Source: Patellaria atrata CBS 101060
Taxonomy: Eukaryota
NCBI GenBank assembly: GCA_010093705.1
Contig: MU006089.1
Location: 207,655 to 227,654, forward strand
Reading direction: 5' to 3'
Length of the DNA stretch: 20,000 nt
The translations under genes were made by a program, and so were the position numbers. Of the stretch, positions 1-12,901 are shown piece by piece. Positions within the stretch are counted from its first letter, which is position 1, and each line of letters starts with the position of its first letter. A model generated the notes under the pieces. That model was not told the origin of the DNA, made no database searches, and worked only from the letters and a program-made list of their open reading frames with translations.

Positions 1-269
1 CTTATCTTCTACCTCACACTGTCAACCTCTATCCTTCACCACCTTTTTGACCCTCTACTCCTCATCCCTCCCGTCTTCATACCCTCATTGCCTGCCTCTC
101 GTGCCTCGTTCGCGTTGCGGCTCCTCTGCTCCCCACATCACCGCGTTTCTGACCGTCGAACTCCTGCAAGTTCCCTTTGTCGCAACACGCGCCTCGCCCA
201 ACCTTCAAATTCTACACCATATCGCTCACTCTTAGGTGGAGATGGTGAGGTGAAAGTGGTAGCTGTATT

Positions 270-3200
270 ATGTCGCGCGCTTCGGCGTTCGAGGCCTTCT
301 TCCCTAATGCTGCCCCTTCCGTCTTGCAGCAAAAGAGGAAAAGGCTTCAAGAACAAGAGCGCTGGCATGAGAAGACCAAGGGTAGTCCGGCGCATCAGGA
401 AAACTATCAATCCAACACCACCTCTCGCGAAGATGACGACCCTCCGAAAAGCGAGTCTGGTGACTTGTTGAACGGTGTCGGTTCTGCCAGCTCTCTTGCG
501 AGCACTGTTTCCTCTGTCTTCAGCAGCGGCGGTCACAGCGCCCCCAATATGTCTTCCTACCCTGGCGCAACTGCTAATGTGCATGCGTTGACTCCTCTTA
601 CGAATAACGATTTCTCTCCTCCGGGCAAGACATCAAGTCCGCACACAATCAAACCTCACAATGACGCTATGTACATTGATAATACGTTATCTCAGGACAT
701 CGCTACCGCGAACCGGTCGCACTCCACTTCCAATGCCATTACCCCCATCCACACTCCCCCCGAGCCAAATTTGCAGGCCCGACCCGGTCCTGGCGAAGTT
801 AAAGGCTTTCGACTAACCTATGATCCAGAGCTGGATGAAAAACTTCCCCCCAAGGATCGACGGAAGGTCAAGGCCCGATATAAAACTTTTGGTGAAGCGG
901 TACGTTCTCAATCCAAACACTCAATATTTCTTCGGTTATTCACTCTCGCGACATAACTTATGTCCAAATGTTAACGGTTTATTTTGACATAGGAGGACCC
1001 TGCGCCCCCTCCCGATCCCCGGTTGGCGATTGCCGGATATACCGCTGGACTATATCACCCGCAGAACAGGCCGGCCAAGATGAAGCTTCGACCTGCACCC
1101 TACTGTTTGAAGCGCTTCTCCAAAGACTCACATACAGTCGGCCCTGGTCCGGCGACAAAGATTGTTGTTACTGGTTACGATCCATTCGTAAGCGGCGAAC
1201 CGCAGCTCAGGGCTCTTTTTGGCAGTTTTGGAGCAATTGCCGAGCTCGACAATAAAATTGATAGTAATACAGGTAGTTTCCTGGGCATATGTCTAATAAC
1301 TTATAGAGACTCTCACTCTGCTCGTGGCGCCGTTCTCGTACCTGCTCCGGTAGCTGCGAAGAAAGCCGAAAAGGAGGCCAATTCTCATCGCATGCACCAG
1401 AAAACCATTAGGGTAGAACGAGACCGAGAAGGTAACAAATGTCGACGTTTTGTTGAAGCCGTAATGAAGCGCAACGCCGAGAAGAGGGCACAGTCTAAAC
1501 CTATCGAAAGTCTAAGACAAACCCAAACCCCTATAACGCCTGTTAACGTTACCCCCGGTCCACCACCGGATGCACCCAAGGGACCTTCGGGGAGGAAACC
1601 GCCAGAAGGACCTCGAATACAAATCCCACCTCGTCCCCAAGCCCATAGCCTTGTCGAGCAGGAGTCAGTATTGCTTAGTATCAAACGAGAACCTTACATA
1701 TTCATCGCGCACTGTTATGTTCCAGTTCTGGGCACCACGATTGAGCACCTGAAGAAGCGAATGCGGATGTATGATTGGGAGCATGTTAGAGTTGACCAAA
1801 CTGGATACTTCATAATTTTCAAGAATCATAAACATGGGGAAGAGGAGTGCGTCAAATGCTATGCAGAATGCCATATGCAACCCCTCTTCACGTACGTGAT
1901 GAACATGGAATGCCAGCGATATGGGAATCCACATTATGAGCGTAGTCCGAGCCCGGAGACAAAGGCGCTTGAGAATAAAAAGAAGATGGAGGAAGATAGA
2001 TTGCGAAGGTGGGAAGATGAAGATTGGGAAACGGAGAAATCTGAACGGGCGAGACACCTTGATCCAGTGTGCGCGGCAACTGAGAAACTGAAGATCGAGC
2101 TCGGTGAAAAGTTAATGAGCGAAGTTAAGAGTCGTATAGTTGGAACTACATTGTACGATTGTCTAGACCCGGATCGTCATGTTGCGAAACGCCGCAAGTT
2201 AGGCATCAACGATCCAACCAGTCAAGAAAACAAACCCCCTACTTTCTTCCTATTGCGGGGCGACGACACTCCACCATTCGGTAGCTCTAACACTCGAGCC
2301 GGATTCTCGAAGTTCCAACGGAGGCCCCTGTCCAACTACGATCACAACTCCCGCTCAAGAAAGTTTACACAGTCCAAGCCTATCAACGTATTTGCTGATG
2401 AGCGACGCAAAAGGCCCCCCCCTAAACGCGTCAGTGTTAGACCTCTTCATCAACGTCTCCAGGACTTCTACGAGGAAGACGAAGAGTCTTCAGACGAGCA
2501 GGCAACTTCTATCACTAGAGATGCGGAAGAGCAGGAAAGTAGGCCCCTGAGCCGAATGAGTCTTGAATCTCCTGCCGCGTTCGATTTAGAGGAAGAGTAT
2601 GAACTCCCCAGGCGTAAGCGGCGAAGGATGGATCAAGAAGATTTAGGATGGGGTGATGATTTAGCATATGCTGACACACAGGCACGTGAACTTGTGGGAC
2701 ATCTTCTTGATAAAGATCCCGACCTCATGGCAGATCGAGAACTCGAGCAACTCATTTGCACGTTGCCTAAGTCTTCCGCTCTCTATAAACGTGCGAAGGG
2801 TGTCATCAAATATCGCACTATGATTCGAGAAGGAGAGGAGATATTTGGAATCAAGTCCGAGGAAGACAATACTGATCTCGCAGGTATGGCAGTACCTACA
2901 ATTGATGTCACGTTGAACGATACCGTCGACGAGAACCTTGAGGAGCCCCAGCCCGCGCTGAAGAAGAAGACGAAGACGAAGAGGAAAACCAAGAAGCAGC
3001 TTCTTGAAGAACAGGAGGCCCTCCGGAAACAGGCCAGGACTGCCGAAGAAGTACTGGGTGCCGAAGCAGTCCCAGTTGTTCAGGAAATCGAGGCTCAAGT
3101 CCAACAACTGGAAGAGCCACAGCTTGATGAAGCTCGCGCAGAAGTCGAATGGGGAGTATCTGCGGATATACCAAGACGGACCGTAGAGGATGATCCTGAT

Positions 3201-4210
3201 GTCGTTCTCGATGTAGATGGCTGGCAACATTTGCTGAAGGACGATGAGGATCTACAATTCATCAAGACTGTTCTTAAGAATGAGAAAACTGCAAACATTC
3301 GGGATATCAAACTCTGGTCCTGGAATCAAAAGCAGCTCAAGTTGCTCAATAACAATGGCGTACACGGACTTACCCGTATTCAGGAGAGGATAAGTGGCTA
3401 TTATGTGCCAAACCAGACCGGATCCGCTCGAACGGAAGGTGTGAAGCCGATTTCACAAGAAGAGAAATCGAAATACCTTCCACATCGCATTCGAGTCCAG
3501 AAAGAGCGCGAGGCACGTGAAGCTCGCGAACTGCAAGCCGGTAAAGACAACTCTGCGGCAACGGCGGAAGCAGCTAGGTTAGCAGCTGCCGCAAAAACAG
3601 CTACAACAACCATCTCTCGATCTAATCGTGCTAATAATCGTCGGCTTCAAAACGAGATCAACACGCAGAAACAAACGCTTAGTAACGATATCGAAGTTCG
3701 TTTCAACCAATTGAAGAAGCGAAAGAAGCTTGTCAAGTTCGATCGGTCTGCTATCCACGGCTGGGGTCTGTATGCTGAGCAAGATATTGCCGCCAACGAC
3801 ATGATTATCGAATATGTTGGTGAGAAGGTCCGGCAGAAGGTTGCTGATCTCCGTGAGATCAGGTATACCAAGCAAGGCATGGGTAGCAGTTATTTGTTCC
3901 GCATTGACGATGATACAATCATTGATGCGACTAAGAAAGGTGGCATTGCACGGTTCATTAACCATAGTTGCTCACCCAGCTGTACTGCTAAGATCATCAA
4001 GGTGGACGGGACTAAGCGCATCGTCATCTACGCGCTGCGGGACATACAAAGAAGTAAGTTCAATGGATGGCATGATAGGTGATACAATACTGACAGATCT
4101 GTTCAGACGAAGAACTCACGTACGATTACAAATTCGAACGAGAGATTGGGAGTGATGATCGTATTCCTTGTCTTTGCGGTTCTGCGAATTGCAAAGGCTT
4201 CCTTAATTGA
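270..4210 (+). CDS. SET1: Histone H3K4 methyltransferase Set1 (COMPASS catalytic subunit), about 1264 aa; exons 270-899, 993-4053, 4107-4210
   Basis: RRM-like region (KIVVTGYDP...FGSFGAIAE), N-SET region with TGSARTEG and RANNRR motifs, SET domain ([23 protein letters not shown]) and, after splicing, NEELTYDY plus post-[16 protein letters not shown]. Introns 900-992 (GTACGT..GTTAAC..TAG, phase 0) and 4054-4106 (GTAAGT..ACTGAC..CAG, phase 1) join the frames exactly. Confidence 0.97.
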
Positions 4211-5284
4211 GCGCTGCATTTTGGGTACGGCGTTCTGTATCATTCATCGGGGGCACTTTCTTTTCCAGAAAACAGATTCCTTCGACTACTCTATTGGAGA
4301 TCTTTGGTGATGCATAATTTTCTTATTTCTTGTGATTCAACCGTTCAGTAGACGATTGAGCTGCATGTGGCGGGAACTTCTGGCGTGTCTTTGCTCTTAG
4401 GCTTGTGTGGTTACATTCGGCGGGGGAAGAGGATGGAGACTCATTGGACGCATCTACGTTCAACTCAGTTTACATCATGGGTGATCCAGTGAGCCTAGTC
4501 AGAAGTCGTAGCGATCTTCGGGAAATAGTTGGGGACAGACTCGTCGATGGGTTCTGAAAGGGGGAAGTATGGAACCCCTAGAAAATGAAGCTATCTATGC
4601 ATGGTACAGACCGAACGACCGAGAAAGCAAATTATCAGTCCTCCACCGTGCCGTACTTTAGAAGCATGCAATTTCGCCGCATGGTATCTGAATATGACGG
4701 TAACATGTTAATAACTACATGAAGTGACGTGGCCACTTGAATATCTTAAACTTCTACACGATATCTATGCCACCATGTCTCCTTTTGAGAAGTCGGCATA
4801 ATTAAGTTGATAGTATTACTTCGATGAGGTTATTCCACCAGTGTACAGTTACTACCATACTGTGCTTCTGGAGATGCATGCACGCAAAGCCCATTGCACC
4901 CCCTTTTGCCACAACTGAGGTATGACTGGGGATATTCCTATGCCCCTGACGGGACATTCACGAAAAATCCATATACTGAGCCTTGAAAACCAAATCTACT
5001 CTAATTCACTATAAGGTAGGTCAGGTACCTTAGGTTAGACGGGATTCAGGGGCGACGGGAGGTCCCGAGATCGGGGTTCAGGACCACAGCCACCACAGCC
5101 ACTTTTGGGGCGGTGGCAGAATTCTTGAAAGACGCGTGCCAAGATTTTGAAAGCGCACGCCCTGTCGCATACGGAACCCTACGTTAAACTTTTGAGATTG
5201 ATGAAGTTCAAAGACGTCTAAACATACGGAAAACAACTGCAACGTGGTGTGAACCAGCACTACCGTACTTCCTCAGATTTCAAA

Positions 5285-6655
5285 ATGCCTGGTCATGTAA
5301 ATAGCCTCCTCATCGAAGGTTCATTTGAGGAGCTGGTCGATGAGCTTGCTATATACTTGGACAATTTGAAAAAGACCCAAGGCGATGAGAGCTCAGCTGT
5401 ACAGTCGGAAACAGAGGCGTTGTTGAAGGACAACAAGAAAGATGAAGTGCTCAAGAAGCTTGTCACAGCCAGTGCGGTTCTAAACTCTGCGCCTGAGAAA
5501 GGTACCACTGTGTTCTCGTAACGTATCTTGTCCTCTTTGACAGCGATTAACGTTGTTATAGAGTTCATTGCGGCTTACAATCTCCTCATACATCTTGTGC
5601 GGCAATCCCCGAATATCAACATGTTCCTTCCTAAAATATGTCAAAACCTTTCGACCCCAATCACCTCCTCTCCGGCGAACGGCGGTGGGCTCGCCCTCTC
5701 AGTACTCAGCACGATCTTTAACATCCTTCAATCCGACAATGATACGAGATATCATGTTCTAATTGCAATATTGCGTGTCGTACGCGGAACCTCGAACTTC
5801 GAAACCATAAAACCGCAGCTGAAGAACCTTGACGCTTGGCTTAGCTCGTGGGAGTCTGACGAGGAGGAAGCGCGCAGCTTATATCTCGCAATTTCGGATG
5901 CGGCCAAAGAGGCTGGCGAGGAAGAACAAGCATATCAGTACCTCGTCAAAGCACTCCGTACCATCACATCCGACGAAGTCGACAGTGACGAAGCACGGCA
6001 ACTCTCTCTGCGTGCATTAAGATCCGCATTGAGTTACCCCTCACACTACGACTTTCAAGATCTCACCGCTCTCGACTCGATCCAAGCGCTACGAAAATCA
6101 GACCCCACCCACTTTGAGCTATTGGAGCTTTTCAATGCCGAACTCCTGGACGACTTCAACGATTTCAATGATTCTCATGACGGCTTCTTAGCCACTGAAG
6201 GACTTGATATGGCAGCTCTGACCCGCAAAATGCGCCTTCTGACACTCGCTTCACTTGCTGCGACGACGCCTATCCGGTCCTTGCCGTACGCGTCCATTGC
6301 CAAAGCACTACAAATTCCGGCCGGAGACGTCGAGATGTGGGTCATTGATGTGATTCGTGCCGGACTCGTTGAAGGCAAATTGTCGCAGCAAACCCAGCAA
6401 TTTCTCATCCATCGTAGCACGTATAGAGTGTTCGGCGAAAACCAGTGGAAAGAAGTTGCAGCCCGTCTCGACATGTGGAGAAATAGTCTACAGGGTGTAC
6501 TAAGCGTTATCAGGGCAGAGAAGGAGGAGTTCCTTAGGGTAAAGGAGTCGGAGACTAAGGATATTGAAAACAGGGTAAACGGGACTATTGGGGGAGGGGG
6601 GAAAAGGCAGGGGAGGGCACAGCAGCAATCAACTGTGGAGGTTGATTTGGACTAA
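5285..6655 (+). CDS. eIF3m: Eukaryotic translation initiation factor 3 subunit M (PCI domain), about 436 aa; exons 5285-5501, 5562-6655
   Basis: Start in CAAAATG context, MPGHVNSLLIEGSFEELVDELA. PCI-domain C-terminus RKMRLLTLASLA...VEMWVIDVIRAGLVEGKLSQ...HRSTYRVFGENQW is typical of fungal eIF3m. Intron 5502-5561 (GTACCA..ATTAAC..TAG) gives APEK/EFIAAYNLL. Confidence 0.92.
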
Positions 6656-6890
6656 TGAAGAGTGCATTTGATGCTCCCTTCGAATTATATCATGGGATGG
6701 GTAAGCATTTGCAAAGTGGTTGTAGATTGAAAGACCATAATGGTCTTACATGCGCACGGATCATGAAAAATAAAAACAAAAACAACATGAATCATTGACT
6801 ATTGTCCGCTTGTGCCGTTTAAAACCGTTCAGTCAAGTCGTAGGATACATTCAGTTCATCCCGAAGATCGAGAAATGGCTTGCCAACCGA

Positions 6891-7717
<827 letters not shown>

Positions 7718-7726
7718 CTAAACTAT

Positions 7727-8053
7727 CTATTTGGTACCTGCGCGGGGAGCCGCAGAGAGTTGACGGTTGGCGTTAGCTGGAGCAGTACCCTGGCGGGACT
7801 TCACGATCTGCGTAAACAAGTACGAGCCGATTGCAAAGATGGCTACGAACGGCCAAACCTTCAGAGGTGAGGAGTTTGGAGAGCGATGTTGTTGGAGCGT
7901 AGGTGAGGGATTATGATTCGATGTAACTGCCTTTTGCTCCAGGAGAATTTTATTTGTGGATAGGAATCGATTGATTTCTGCTCGATTAAAGGTAAAGGAA
8001 TAGATGTATGGCCTAGTACGGACGGAAGAAGATAGAGACTTGGTGAATGACAT
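7727..8053 (-). CDS. Small predicted mitochondrial single-pass membrane protein (108 aa) directly upstream of and in frame with URA6; separate cistron or alternative first exon
   Basis: First in-frame ATG at 8053. MSFTKSLSSSVRTRPY...NRFLS is S/T/R-rich and acid-poor like a presequence; hydrophobic VWPFVAIFAIGSYLFTQIV is followed by KSR; stop TAG at 7729-7727, 33 nt before the URA6 ATG. Confidence 0.7.
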   Translation of the reverse strand: MSFTKSLSSSVRTRPYIYSFTFNRAEINRFLSTNKILLEQKAVTSNHNPSPTLQQHRSPNSSPLKVWPFVAIFAIGSYLFTQIVKSRQGTAPANANRQLSAAPRAGTK

Positions 8054-8365
8054 CGTAGAGTAGGAGGTCGAGGAGATTAGGCATGACGATGGTAAGAGCT
8101 GTGAGCTTGAATGCCCTGCTGCATTCTCGGCCAATTTAGCTTAGCGTACAAGGTATGTTGAGAATATAATACCATATCCTGCTTATTTAACCTGTATCCT
8201 ATGTCTTCTATTAAGGTTACACCTCAGCGCACCTCAGTACCTTACCTACCTTACCTACACCTCTACTTACCTTTTCCTCACAATCATCTCGAACACTGTC
8301 CAGTACACCCTACAAACCTCAAATACTAAGCCAGGGCGATAAACGGATATCCTAGTCGTAGTGCT
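8054..8365. promoter_or_regulatory. Compact divergent promoter region between the small ORF/URA6 unit and PRP28, containing a TACC(T)-rich tract
   Basis: 312 bp between head-to-head ATGs (8053 minus, 8366 plus); TACCTTACCTACCTTACCTACACCTCTACTTACC at about 8238-8271. Confidence 0.6.
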
Positions 8366-10979
8366 ATGGATTCTTTACTTCCTCCCCCTCCCTCTCCTCC
8401 ACCTCCACCACCGTCTGATCTTTTAGAGCCTCCGCCTCCGCCTCCGCCAGAATCATTTGCACCTCCCCCTCCGCCAGAAGATGTACCTCCTCCGCCAGAA
8501 GATGTACCTCCTCCGCCAGAAGATGTACCTCCCCCGCCACCACCACCCTTAGATAGCTCAAGACCTGAACCTCCTCTAGAAACGATAAAGAAGAGACCCG
8601 TCGCTCCCAAAGTCCCGAAAAAAGAGCCACTTAGTATTGAAGAGATTCTCAAGAAAAAGCGCGAAGCCGATGCGGCGGCTGCGAAAGTAAGTACCTCCAT
8701 TACCTCGAAATCAAGCTTCTTTGTGTTTACGCCAACGATTCTAGTGCATGTCGAACATGGCTAACTTGTTTCTCCCTCTTCTAGCCCAAATTTCTATCGA
8801 AAGCGCAGCGAGAGAGACTCGCATTAGAAAAGCGGCAGAAGGATGTGGAAGAGCAGAGGCGAACGGCCGACGCAGCAAGAGCTGGGCGAGATGAGCCCCA
8901 TGGTATATCACGGAATGGGACGGCTGTAAATGGCTCTCCCGCAATATCTATGAATGGTCACCGCTCAGAGTCGAGATCGGCGGTACCAACGGGTCCAAGA
9001 GCGTTACGCCAAGGCGAAATACCTACTGGGCCAGCATCTATGCGGCAACCAAGTAAGAGTAACGATCTTCAGCCCGCAGTATCTAAACCTGGACCTACTG
9101 GAACTAAGCGGATGACCACGGAGGAGGCTGAAGCTGCTCTGATTCGCGAACGATATATGGGCGCAGAAAATGTAGAATCTAAATTCTCAGCAAAGAAAAA
9201 GCGGAGACGAACAACAGAGAAGAAGTTCAATTTTGAGTGGAATGCCGAAGAGGATACCAGTACCGATTACAATCCAATCTACCAGCAACGTGCGGAAGTT
9301 CGTTTCTTTGGACGCGGCCGACTAGGTGGCTTTGCGGATGACCTGAATGGTGCTTCTCAGCAATATGCTCAAGCAGTTGCGGAAATGGATCATGAAAGGG
9401 GTAGTGACAGAGCTAGAGAAATTATGGAAATGGAACGACGACGGCGAGAAGAAGGCAGCAGAACCGGTCTCGATTTACACTGGAGTAAAAAGAAACTGGA
9501 ACACATGCGGGAGCGTGATTGGCGCATTTTCAAGGAAGATTTCAATATCAGTACAAAGGGTGGATCTATCCCCAATCCTATGCGTTCATGGAAAGAATCC
9601 CGTCTGCCAAAGCGTATTTTGGACATTGTGGAACAAGTTGGCTACACGGAACCGTCCGCTGTCCAACGTGCTGCTATTCCGATTGCCCTCCAATCTCGAG
9701 ATCTCATTGGCGTTGCCGTCACTGGTTCCGGTAAGACCGCTGCATTTCTCTTACCCCTTCTCGTCTATATATCCGAGCTGCCTACTCTCAACGAATTTAC
9801 CAAAAACGATGGACCGTATGCGATCATTTTAGCTCCAACCCGCGAGTTGGCGCAGCAAATTGAAATCGAAGCAAAGAAATTTGCCACTCCACTTGGTTTT
9901 ACCTGTGTAAGTATCGTGGGTGGCCATAGTATCGAGGAACAGGCCTACAATATGAGAGACGGTGCCGAGATTATCATTGCAACACCTGGTCGTCTCGTTG
10001 ACTGCATTGAGCGACGTGTTCTAGTTCTCAGTCAATGCTGTTACATCATAATGGATGAAGCAGATCGGATGATAGATCTAGGGTTCGAAGAGCCTGTCAA
10101 TAAAATCCTTGATGCTTTACCGGTGAGTAATGAGAAGCCAGACAACGATGAAGCGGAAAATGCAGCTGCCATGAGCAGACATTTGGGCGGCAAAGACAGA
10201 TATCGCCAAACAATGATGTACACAGCAACCATGCCTGCGGCCGTTGAGCGGATAGCACGCAAATACCTCCGTCGCCCTGCAATAGTCACGATTGGTAATG
10301 TGGGCGAAGCAGTGGAGACGGTTGAGCAGCGTGTTGAATTCGTTGCCGGCGAGGACAAGCGCAAGAAGCGCCTGCAAGAGATTCTACTCTCCCGTGAATT
10401 TGCTCCGCCGATCATCGTGTTCGTCAACATCAAACGTAACTGTGATGCTGTTGCAAGGGATATCAAGCAGATGGGTTTCACATCGGTCACGTTGCACGGT
10501 AGCAAGACGCAAGAACAGCGTGAAGCTGCCTTGGCCAGTTTGCGAAATGGCTCGACAGACGTACTTGTGGCAACAGATTTGGCGGGCAGAGGTATTGATG
10601 TGCAGGATGTCAGTTTGGTGGTCAACTTCAACATGGCGATGAGTATCGAGAGCTACACCCACAGGATCGGTAGAACCGGTCGCGCCGGGAAAAGTGGAGT
10701 GGCAATCACTTTCTTGGGCAATGAGGATGCTGATGTGATGTATGTCTCCTCTACTTTCTTTTCTTTTCTTTTCTTTCTGTAGCCACAGTCAGAACCAGAT
10801 TCACTAACCATTTCAATAGGTACGACCTCAAGCAAATGCTTATGAAGAGCTCCATATCGAGAGTGCCTGAGGAGCTGAGGAGACATGAAGCGGCGCAGCA
10901 AAAGAGTCAGAAGGGAGGCGGGCAAAAGAAGATTGAAGACAGTGGCGGCTTTGGAGGCAAAGGAGCTGCCGCTTGGTAG
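8366..10979 (+). CDS. PRP28: Pre-mRNA splicing DEAD-box RNA helicase Prp28 (DDX23), about 811 aa; exons 8366-8686, 8785-10739, 10820-10979
   Basis: Prp28-type KKFNFEWNAEEDTS and HWSKKKLEHMRERDWRIFKEDFNI; helicase motifs AVTGSGKT, PTRELAQQI, TPGRL, DEAD, TAT, HRIGRTGRAG. Introns 8687-8784 (GTAAGT..GCTAAC..TAG) and 10740-10819 (GTATGT..ACTAAC..TAG) give AAAK/PKFLSK and DVM/YDLKQML. Confidence 0.96.
8468..8530 (+). repeat. Perfect 3 x 21-bp coding tandem repeat (CCTCCGCCAGAAGATGTACCT) encoding (PPPEDVP)x3 in the Prp28 N-terminus
   Basis: Three identical units read directly at 8468-8488, 8489-8509 and 8510-8530, within a wider polyproline tract. Confidence 0.95.
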
Positions 10980-11799
10980 ACCCGGCCTCTTGGGATCTCG
11001 TCGTTGAGAGTGATAGAGAGGATCGGGATCGAATTCTGGGGATTAATGCGCAACATAATTAGTACGGCCGTCCTTAGCCTGACCTTCCAATTCCCTGGCT
11101 GTGATTTCGTCTCCCTTATAACTAAACTTCAGTGCAGTCGGAAGTTGTTGATGTCGGAACACACACCTATCTTGCTACCGGTGATATTCGTGTAGTCTTG
11201 ACCCAGGGCTACATGGGACCGTGCGATAGAACGTATAATAAAACCTATCAAGCGAGTAATATTATACCATTTAGCAAAACGACTGTCCCCGACCTATGTC
11301 GAGTTCAATAGTCAACAACACCTCATCTCAGTACCATCCATCCCTGTTTCCGCTTGTAGCCATCTACTCCCTTTTCTTGTTCATCTGCTTTACTGTACGC
11401 TTCCAACAGAATGAATTCCTACCTTTGTACAGTAAAGGTACGTCAGCTCTGGTCACGAGACGAATGTGACGGGTTGTACCAGTGTACAGACAGCAACGAA
11501 CAAGTGCTCAAGGAATCCCAGTCATTTCGAGAAGAAATATTAAGGTCGTTCTATGCTCTATAGATTTGCATTGAGTCCATTTCCCCAACTTTGCATTAAT
11601 GTGTTCAATATCAGACACGGCGAACCGATTCCGATGTTTTTGCGACGTTCTACGTCATGGGTCATCACCCTAGTATTGATGGAGCAATTATTATCAGTTC
11701 ACTCAGAACCGTCAGATAATTGACTCCTTTATATTCATTCTACAGCAACTTAAGCCTCGTTCAAGGTCTAAATTCTCGATACAGAAGTACAACACCGTC

Positions 11800-12901
11800 A
11801 TGTCCATTTCAATGTCTGACCTCCAGAGCCTTCCCCTATCCTATGCAACCTGCTCAATCGGGTGCTCGCCAGCCCACACTCTTCCCAAAAGGCTTGTCGC
11901 TATCTCCGATGCCGGATTTCAAGGCATTGAGCTTGCATTTCCTGATATTATAGACTTTGGTAAATCTTACCTGAAGTACGAGGTCGACTCCCATGATTAC
12001 GACAGCTTATGTACCGTTGCTAAGGCCATCAAATCTCTCTGTCATGCTCAGGGGCTAAAGATTATGATGCTACAGCCCTTCGCTAATTTTGAAGGCTGGG
12101 AAGAGGGAAGTATGGAAAGAAAGGATGCATTTGAACGGGCAGAAGGATGGATAAGGATTATGGAAGCTGTAGGATGTGACATGCTGCAGGTTCTACTACC
12201 CTAGAAGCATCGATTTCGATCTCACCACTAATGTATCCAATAAGGTCGGTTCCTCAGATAGTCCCAACGAGAAGATTGGAACGGACCGATCCCGCTTCGT
12301 TAATGATCTCCGGAAGCTGGCCGATATGCTCGCGGAGAAGAACTTTAATCTGGCCTACGAGAACTGGTGCTGGAGCACACATGCCCCGACTTGGTTAGAT
12401 GTCTGGGAAATTGTGCAAGCAGTAGATAGGCCCAATATCGGACTCTGTCTTGACACCTTTCAGACAGCCGGTTACGAGTGGGGAGACCCCACAACATCTT
12501 CCGGCCTCCTTGAAGACCTTTCCAAAGATCAGATAGAATCCAGGTTTCGAAGCAGCATGAAGAAGCTATCACAAACGGTGCCCAAGGAGAAGGTCTATCT
12601 ACTCCAAATCTCCGATGCGTACAAGCCTCCCCGTCCAATGAGTACAGAGCCTGATGAAACTGGTCTCAGACCACGCGGACGCTGGAGTCATGATTTTAGG
12701 CCTCTTCCCTTCAATGGCGGATACTTACCCGTAGTCGATGTAGCAAGGGCAGTGCTGAAAACGGGGTTTAGGGGTTGGTTCTCGTATGAAGTTTTTGATA
12801 GTGGACCAGATGGGAATGGGACGGAATACGACTTGCAGGCGTATGCGAAGAGGGCAATGGAGGCTCAACAGCGATTGATTTGGGAGTGCTCGAAAGGATA
12901 A
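11800..12901 (+). CDS. Xylose-isomerase-like TIM-barrel (AP_endonuc_2) metalloenzyme, 3-dehydroshikimate dehydratase (QutC/Qa-4)-like, about 348 aa; exons 11800-12189, 12245-12901
   Basis: Motifs SYATCSIG, AGFQGIEL, MLQPFANFEG, AYENWCWSTH, DRPNIGLCLDTFQ, LQISDA, WSHDFRPLP and GFRGWFSYEVF match the fungal DHS-dehydratase-like family as recalled. Intron 12190-12244 (GTTCTA..ACTAAT..AAG) restores MLQ/VGSSD. The fold is well supported; the substrate is inferred. Confidence 0.8.

Noticed and set aside
10041..10634. Long antisense and alternate-frame ORFs over PRP28, SET1, eIF3m, URA6 and CDC6 (e.g. 197 aa at 10041-10634, 189 aa at 2661-3230, Gly-rich 8326-8700)
   Set aside because: They are shadows of conserved coding sequence with no recognisable motifs; the Gly run is simply the complement of the polyproline tract.
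10740..10788. Pyrimidine tract and TAG/CAG inside PRP28 intron 2 as alternative acceptors
   Set aside because: They lie upstream of the ACTAAC branch site; pyrimidine tracts 5' of the branch point are normal in fungal introns, and the 10819 acceptor restores the conserved frame.
11571..11726. TGAGTC and TGACTC partial Gcn4 sites upstream of the dehydratase-like gene
   Set aside because: Only 6 of 7 matches, expected by chance at this frequency; insufficient on their own.
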